DNA of 64,000 nucleotides from Rhizodiscina lignyota (Eukaryota): NCBI GenBank assembly GCA_010015805.1, contig ML978130.1, positions 620,001 to 684,000 of the forward strand, read 5' to 3'. Shown piece by piece: positions 58,962 to 64,000 of this stretch (position 1 is its first letter; each line of letters starts with the position of its first letter). The notes under the pieces were generated by a model. It saw only the letters and a program-made list of their open reading frames with translations, ran no database searches and was not told where the DNA came from. The position numbers and the translations under genes were made by a program.

Positions 58962-59971
58962 TCAATACCTCTCCGTCGGCATCTCTATCCTCATACTATC
59001 TCCAGCGACCTCTGATCGGGCCGCCGTCGCATGAACCTCCTGCGCTGGCGTCGGAGATTCTCGCACGGGCACCTGCCCCACGAACTTCTCTATCCCCGGA
59101 TTCACATTCGTATACGCCTCCTCACCGACTTTCCTTCCGCGTAGTCTTTGCCTATGCACAGCCCAAAGAAGCGCCGCTCCGATCGCACCTGTGACAACGG
59201 CAATCGCAATGCCAACGCCTATTCCCGCGCCGAAGCTGGGGCCTTTACTGCCGTTCGACGTGCGTATCGAGACATCCCCTGCTGCAGTCGGACAGCGCGT
59301 GGCATCAGGACTCGTAGAGCTGACTCTATTCGTGGAGGCCAACTTGGTCGTCGAAGCGGTAGGCTTGAACGTGCCGCCGGTGTACGTCTGGACGCCACCG
59401 AAAGGACCAGTAGCACCCCATGTGGTTGGCGTTGCGACCTTTCCGGTATGATTGTTGATGTTGAAGGCGCCGGAGTTGAAGGTCCCGACGTTGGTGCCGT
59501 TATTTTCGTCGACGACGAATTCGAGATGGCAGGGGTCTAGCCAAGTGTTGAGAACGGTGAGGAGCTCGTTGCCGTTTTGCTCGAGGTTGTTGAACGTCTG
59601 CGCTGTGACGTGGGGGAATAGTTAGTTCTATTACCTATGGTACCTCGAGATCCGAGCGAATGGCTGTTTTAAGAAAGGGTTGATGATGAATGGTAGGGCG
59701 AACCTAAATACATGCCGGGTGTGCCGCACCACACGTTGATATAGTTTTTGTCCCCAACATAGCTGTCACTCCACGATGAATTGAGCACATCTCCAACTTT
59801 GAAGAGCGGTATCCAATTCACCAGCGCGGGGAAGCCAAAGTAATTTTGATTCCACGTGTCGTTGAAGCCCGGGTTGAATGGTGCTTGTGCTGCCGCTATC
59901 TGAATGACCAAACAGCACAAAAAGAGCTGCGCAGAACACGATATTAATGGGAGATGACTGGGAGGCCGCAT
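58962..59971 (-). CDS. Single-pass membrane protein (signal peptide, small ectodomain, Thr/Ser stalk, GxxxG-rich TM, short tail)
   Basis: MRPPSHLPLISCSAQLFLCCLVIQIAAA signal; TM GAGIGVGIAIAVVTGAIGAALLWAV; tail motifs QEVHA/SEVAG/IEMPT. Splicing at 59600-59715 is ambiguous (one GC-AG intron, or two short introns around a micro-exon). Confidence 0.75.
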
Positions 59972-60984
59972 TCTGAACAAAGTATTGAACGAAATATGAA
60001 CAAGAAGCTGAGAGAGCATCTGTAAATCACAGCCCTACCTCAACGGACATGTACTTGTTCACGGTGAAGAGACAGCGATCTGCACAAGTGAGCATCGACT
60101 TCGCTGTGTATGGAGGAACGGTGGCTTCGAGAAGGATCCGAGGACGAGATTCTCCAGAGCTGCCTTTGTTTCAGATCATACCATTGATCAGGTTGGCCGT
60201 TGCTCTCTGATGAAATGGCGCGTTCCTGAATCCTCATGAACGAACAAGCCAATTAAACTTGGTGCGCTCCACTTAATCCAGACTCTGATCCCCTATATTC
60301 CAAGTGGGCCGATCTTCGGGATTCTTGTTGACCTCCATTCGCTTAAGAGAGACCAGCTCTTTCGAACTGTAGCAGTGCCCTAGCGGTTTGATATGAACGA
60401 TGGTGAAGGATTTGTGGTGAATCGTGATGAGCTACTGCCGTCTCCGCGCGTGCATGACCGCTTGTATGGAATTAAGGGAGAGGACGCAAGTTATAGATAT
60501 GAAAGTTACGAGCGATGAGAGAGAGGAAAGGGTGTTTATATACGAGGAGAGTGATACATGTGAGCTGGGTAATAAGTTGAGCCAAGAAATTTCATCTTGA
60601 TGACCACTGCCGCGGGTGGGAGAAGAGCTGGATGGTGACAAAATGCTGGCCGTAGCTTTTCAGGGTACTGAACAACTAAGACGTATACCCTCTATTACCA
60701 ATAAATTATACAAATTTTTCAATGGTATGTCATTCTTGTACACACTCCAAAGAACGTAGAACTGTACTTTCAGGGTTAGTGCTGCTCTGTGACAGCTGAT
60801 TGCACAAAGACATCCCAGCTTGTCCGACAAAAACTATTTTGTCACTTTCGAAGCGAGTTTTCACGACCCCCGGCCAATGCGACAAGGCGAAACATTTCGT
60901 TGATCTGTATTGAAATGCCTGTGGTATTATGTCTAAATTGATGTTTCCAAACGCTATGCAAACGCCCAAAATGCTGTACATATT

Positions 60985-61860
60985 TCATGTCTTTACAAAC
61001 TCCATTTCCCTCTCCAAGACAGGGCTTAAAATGCCGTCTCTTCTGACCTCTCCATCCCCGTACATCCAATACTGCACACCCAAAAAGCAATCGCACCCGG
61101 CCTGGAACAGGCCACACATCCTAAACGCCAATGGCACCGCGCTCCCAGAGCTCAGAAAGAAGTAGCTCAGCTTCGACGCGTCGCCGAGCAGCCACGTTAT
61201 TAATACGCTGATCCTGAAGCCCTTGCAGCTCCTTCTTCGGTGGTTCGCCATGATCTGCGGCAGCGGCAATACCGCCTCTATTGCGAGACCTAGATACCCC
61301 AGGACGTCTGTGTATACCGCGTACGTGCCGAGTACGAGCTGCAATACGAGCAGAGTCGCGGAGAATACGGCAATGAACTGCCAGTAGGGACGATGCGGCC
61401 GCCACTGCCAGAAGTCGTAAGGCCGCGGGAAAGGCTGGTATTCAGGCAGTATGCCTTCGAAGGGTTTGTGAGATATTGTCGCATTCGGCCGGTGGGTGAG
61501 AGCGACGTGGAGGAGGACGACTTGTACGATGATCATGAGAATGGCTTGGAGGAGAAGAGCGAGGTCGAAGCGCGCTCCGAACCAGTAGAAAATCCTGCCC
61601 CCTGGTTAGCAGATGCAGATACAGTGAATCGCATGAAAACTCACTTGAGTATGGATGCCGTGAGCATAATGAGCGGTATGTCGAGCGAAAAGCCGGCCGA
61701 CGAACGCGACTTGTGCATCGAGTTGATCTGGTCGCCATAGGAGAGTATGGGTGAAGCGACAATGCTAATTCCTCAGTCAGCTTTTGCATTTCCGATATAT
61801 CTGAAGCGAAACTCACAATAAGGGCGTCAAATGAGTGATCAGCCAATGTATTAACGCCAT
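60985..61860 (-). CDS. PQ-loop repeat membrane protein (Any1/YMR010W-like), 3 exons
   Basis: Spliced MALIHWLITHLTPLFIVASPILSYGDQINSMHKSRSSAGFSLDIPLIMLTASILK, RPYDFWQW, and GYLGLAIEAVLPLPQIMANHRRRSCKGFRISVLITWLLGD. Confidence 0.88.
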
Positions 61861-62406
61861 GGCGGAGGCGTAGTACTCTTCCCAGTTGTCCATGGAGAAA
61901 GTCATCTGTTCTCGCAGTTCAGGGGGGAACACCAGACGCGCCGCGATCTTCAAGCACGTGTCAGATCGACAAGCCACCCGTTGCGCTGCAATGCTTGGGA
62001 AAGACGAGGACAGCGTTATGTATTGCACTTGTACACAGGACTTTCAAAGGAGTGAGAATGTTGGAGACAAGTGCACAGAGGACGACGTCCATCTTTAGAG
62101 CGGCCGCCGTTGAGATTACTTTCCGCGTGCTACCGTGAGCGCGCTCTCCTCGTGCTGCGTGCATCCGCCGCACTCCGAATTGCAAGGCTGAAAGCGCGTC
62201 CGGGGTTAAACAAAAGAGCCGCAAAACCCTGGGGAAGTTTAATCTTTACTAGGATCGCAGATCTAATCTGATCTTGATAGTTCTCCGCATCTTTTTGCCA
62301 TATTCATCTCGTCGCCATATCTTCCACTCCTCCTTCTATTCTGCCTCTCTTTTAAGACCATGACTCTAATTTCTTCTCGTTTCCAATTTCACAAACCCAG
62401 GTAACA

Positions 62407-63140
62407 ATGGCAGAACACACAGCATTCTTCTACGGTAGTCCAATCCCTCAATCTACCTACCCCATCTCCACACCACGATCTAATTTCCACCACAGGCACC
62501 CTCATGGCCCCGCAAGTCCTCTCTCGCGTCTGCCACGGCACCCACGCATCCACCCGCAATCCAGACATGGCTGTCCGCCCTGCAATCCTCCCCTCGTTCC
62601 GCCGTCACAAGGTCCTCGACGCTGACTACCCCGGCATTATTCCAACCTCCACTCCCTCATCCGTCCGCGGCACCGTCGTAACTGGTCTTACTGACGGCGA
62701 TATGTGGCGCCTGGACATCTTCGAGGGAGATGAGTACGAGCGGCGGCGCGTCAAGGCACGTATACTCACGACCGTGGGAGACGAGAGCGGGCAGGGCAAT
62801 GTCGAGGGTGAGGAGGTAGAGTGCGAGACGTACGTATGGATTGCGGGGGAAGACAGGCTGGAGGATGGGGAGTGGGACTTTGCGGAGTTTGCGAGGGAGA
62901 AGATGGGACGGTGGGTCGGGGTCGAGGGGGAGGGCGAGTACAAGGGTAGGGAATCTTATCGACGTTCGTGGATTTGATGGATGGGAGAGCATATGCTAAC
63001 TTGGTTGCGCAGAGGTTGATGAGGCAGTGAGGGAGGCGGGAAAGGATCCGACAGGAGGAAGAGGCTTCAATGGGCACATTGGACAGGCCGTGGAGGCGAG
63101 TAGAGGCCAGGTCAGTGAAGCGCTCACGAGCGCGGTATGA
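62407..63140 (+). CDS. AIG2-like / gamma-glutamylcyclotransferase family protein, 3 exons
   Basis: Spliced HTAFFYGTLMAPQVL, RHKVLDADYPGI, LDIFEGDEYER, ETYVW, EWDFAEF and DPTGGRG. Confidence 0.9.
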
Positions 63141-63527
63141 GTGCGCTTCAGGGTAGATGGAAGAGTATTAGAAATCGCAAGAACCGCTCGGAGTTGATGA
63201 CCAGGAATAAGAGATATACAGAAGAGGAAAGGTTTCATGTTTTCGGAGGTATCGTTGATTTCTGCATAGATCGCTCACAGCCTCGTGCCCATCCCATCTA
63301 GACGTATAGAAGATCACGTACAGCAGGGAGAAAGAGAATGTCATCGAACATGATGATCAGAAGAAAGACCGTGGCAGAAAGTATCTACGAACTTCAGCAG
63401 CAAAACAGCATCTCCATAGCCATGGAGATATCGTCAAAGCAAATGCCTCCGCTATGCATGAATGTCAAAACATCCAGAAACGCCATCGCAATAGATGAGT
63501 CCGGTAGTGAAAAGGGAACAGAAATGA

Positions 63528-64000
63528 TCATGATTCCGACTCCTTCCTCTCCCTCATGCTTTGCTTCGAAGGAGAAAACCCTGTCAGTTTGTTTAAGAAT
63601 GGGAAACTCATGGTGTAGCCGTTGGGAACGCCCCCGGAAGAACCGTCGTCGACGTTCTGAAGGGCTTCGACCGACTCTTCCGTTTCCTGCGTTTCTGGAA
63701 TCTCTGCGTCCTCATCTCTAGATCGCTTCCTTGGTGTAGCTGATCGGCGAGGCGTGCGCCCGGTTTTGCGACGCCCCTCCGCTTCAGAGTCAAGTAATAT
63801 CTCGTTCGCTCCATCAGTTGGAAGTAAACTAACCTCTTCCTCCGGCTGGGATTCCACGACGATGACATCGCGCGCCTCAGGGCTAGCTTTCGTATCTTCC
63901 ACCACATCGGCGGACTTCCTCTCAGCCTTAGACACAATAGGTAGAGCATCTTGCAATGCTGCAGGCGATCGCGGCGGCTCTGCTTGCTCCGCCGGCTTAG
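63528..64000 (-). CDS. 3' end of an unidentified gene (low-complexity charged C-terminus); runs off the right edge
   Basis: Frame is open to the window end (KPAEQAEPPRSPAALQDALP...RRSATPRKRSRDEDAEIPETQE...). It has an NLS-like basic patch but no recognisable domain. Confidence 0.6.
   Translation of the reverse strand, partial: KPAEQAEPPRSPAALQDALPIVSKAERKSADVVEDTKASPEARDVIVVESQPEEEVSLLPTDGANEILLDSEAEGRRKTGRTPRRSATPRKRSRDEDAEIPETQETEESVEALQNVDDGSSGGVPNGYTMSFPFLNKLTGFSPSKQSMRERKESES

Noticed and set aside
1..64000. Transposons, RIP-degraded AT-rich blocks, CRISPR arrays and rRNA
   Set aside because: I saw no transposase or reverse-transcriptase motifs, LTRs, AT-rich islands or regularly spaced repeats by eye, and the sequence is eukaryotic.

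Overview
Fungal (filamentous ascomycete, Pezizomycotina-type) genomic DNA: gene-dense, with short GT-AG introns carrying CTRAC/CTAAC-like branch sites. I saw no rRNA, tRNA, CRISPR array or recognisable transposon. About 27 intact-looking genes and 2 probable pseudogenes can be supported. Core genes are cdc16/cut9, yju2, mcm5, vps54, pho89, a PQ-loop protein and an Aro8-like aminotransferase. They flank a ~32 kb accessory-looking block (13.8-45.4 kb) with GNAT, RmlD-like, P450, AA11 LPMO, HET-domain, GH78, DUF3433, two SDR, GH106 and FAD-monooxygenase genes. The best candidate system is an AA11 LPMO with a C-terminal X278-type module linked to a DUF3433 multipass membrane gene. This matches the architecture of the Neurospora cwr-1/cwr-2 allorecognition pair, but here a HET-domain gene lies between them and the DUF3433 protein seems to lack one extracellular domain. 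Also notable are a compact SH3-protein kinase fusion, two rhamnosidase-type genes of different families close together, a long self-complementary intron and two decaying genes. All family calls come from motif recognition by eye, with no database searches. Intron coordinates were read manually and may be off by a few bases.
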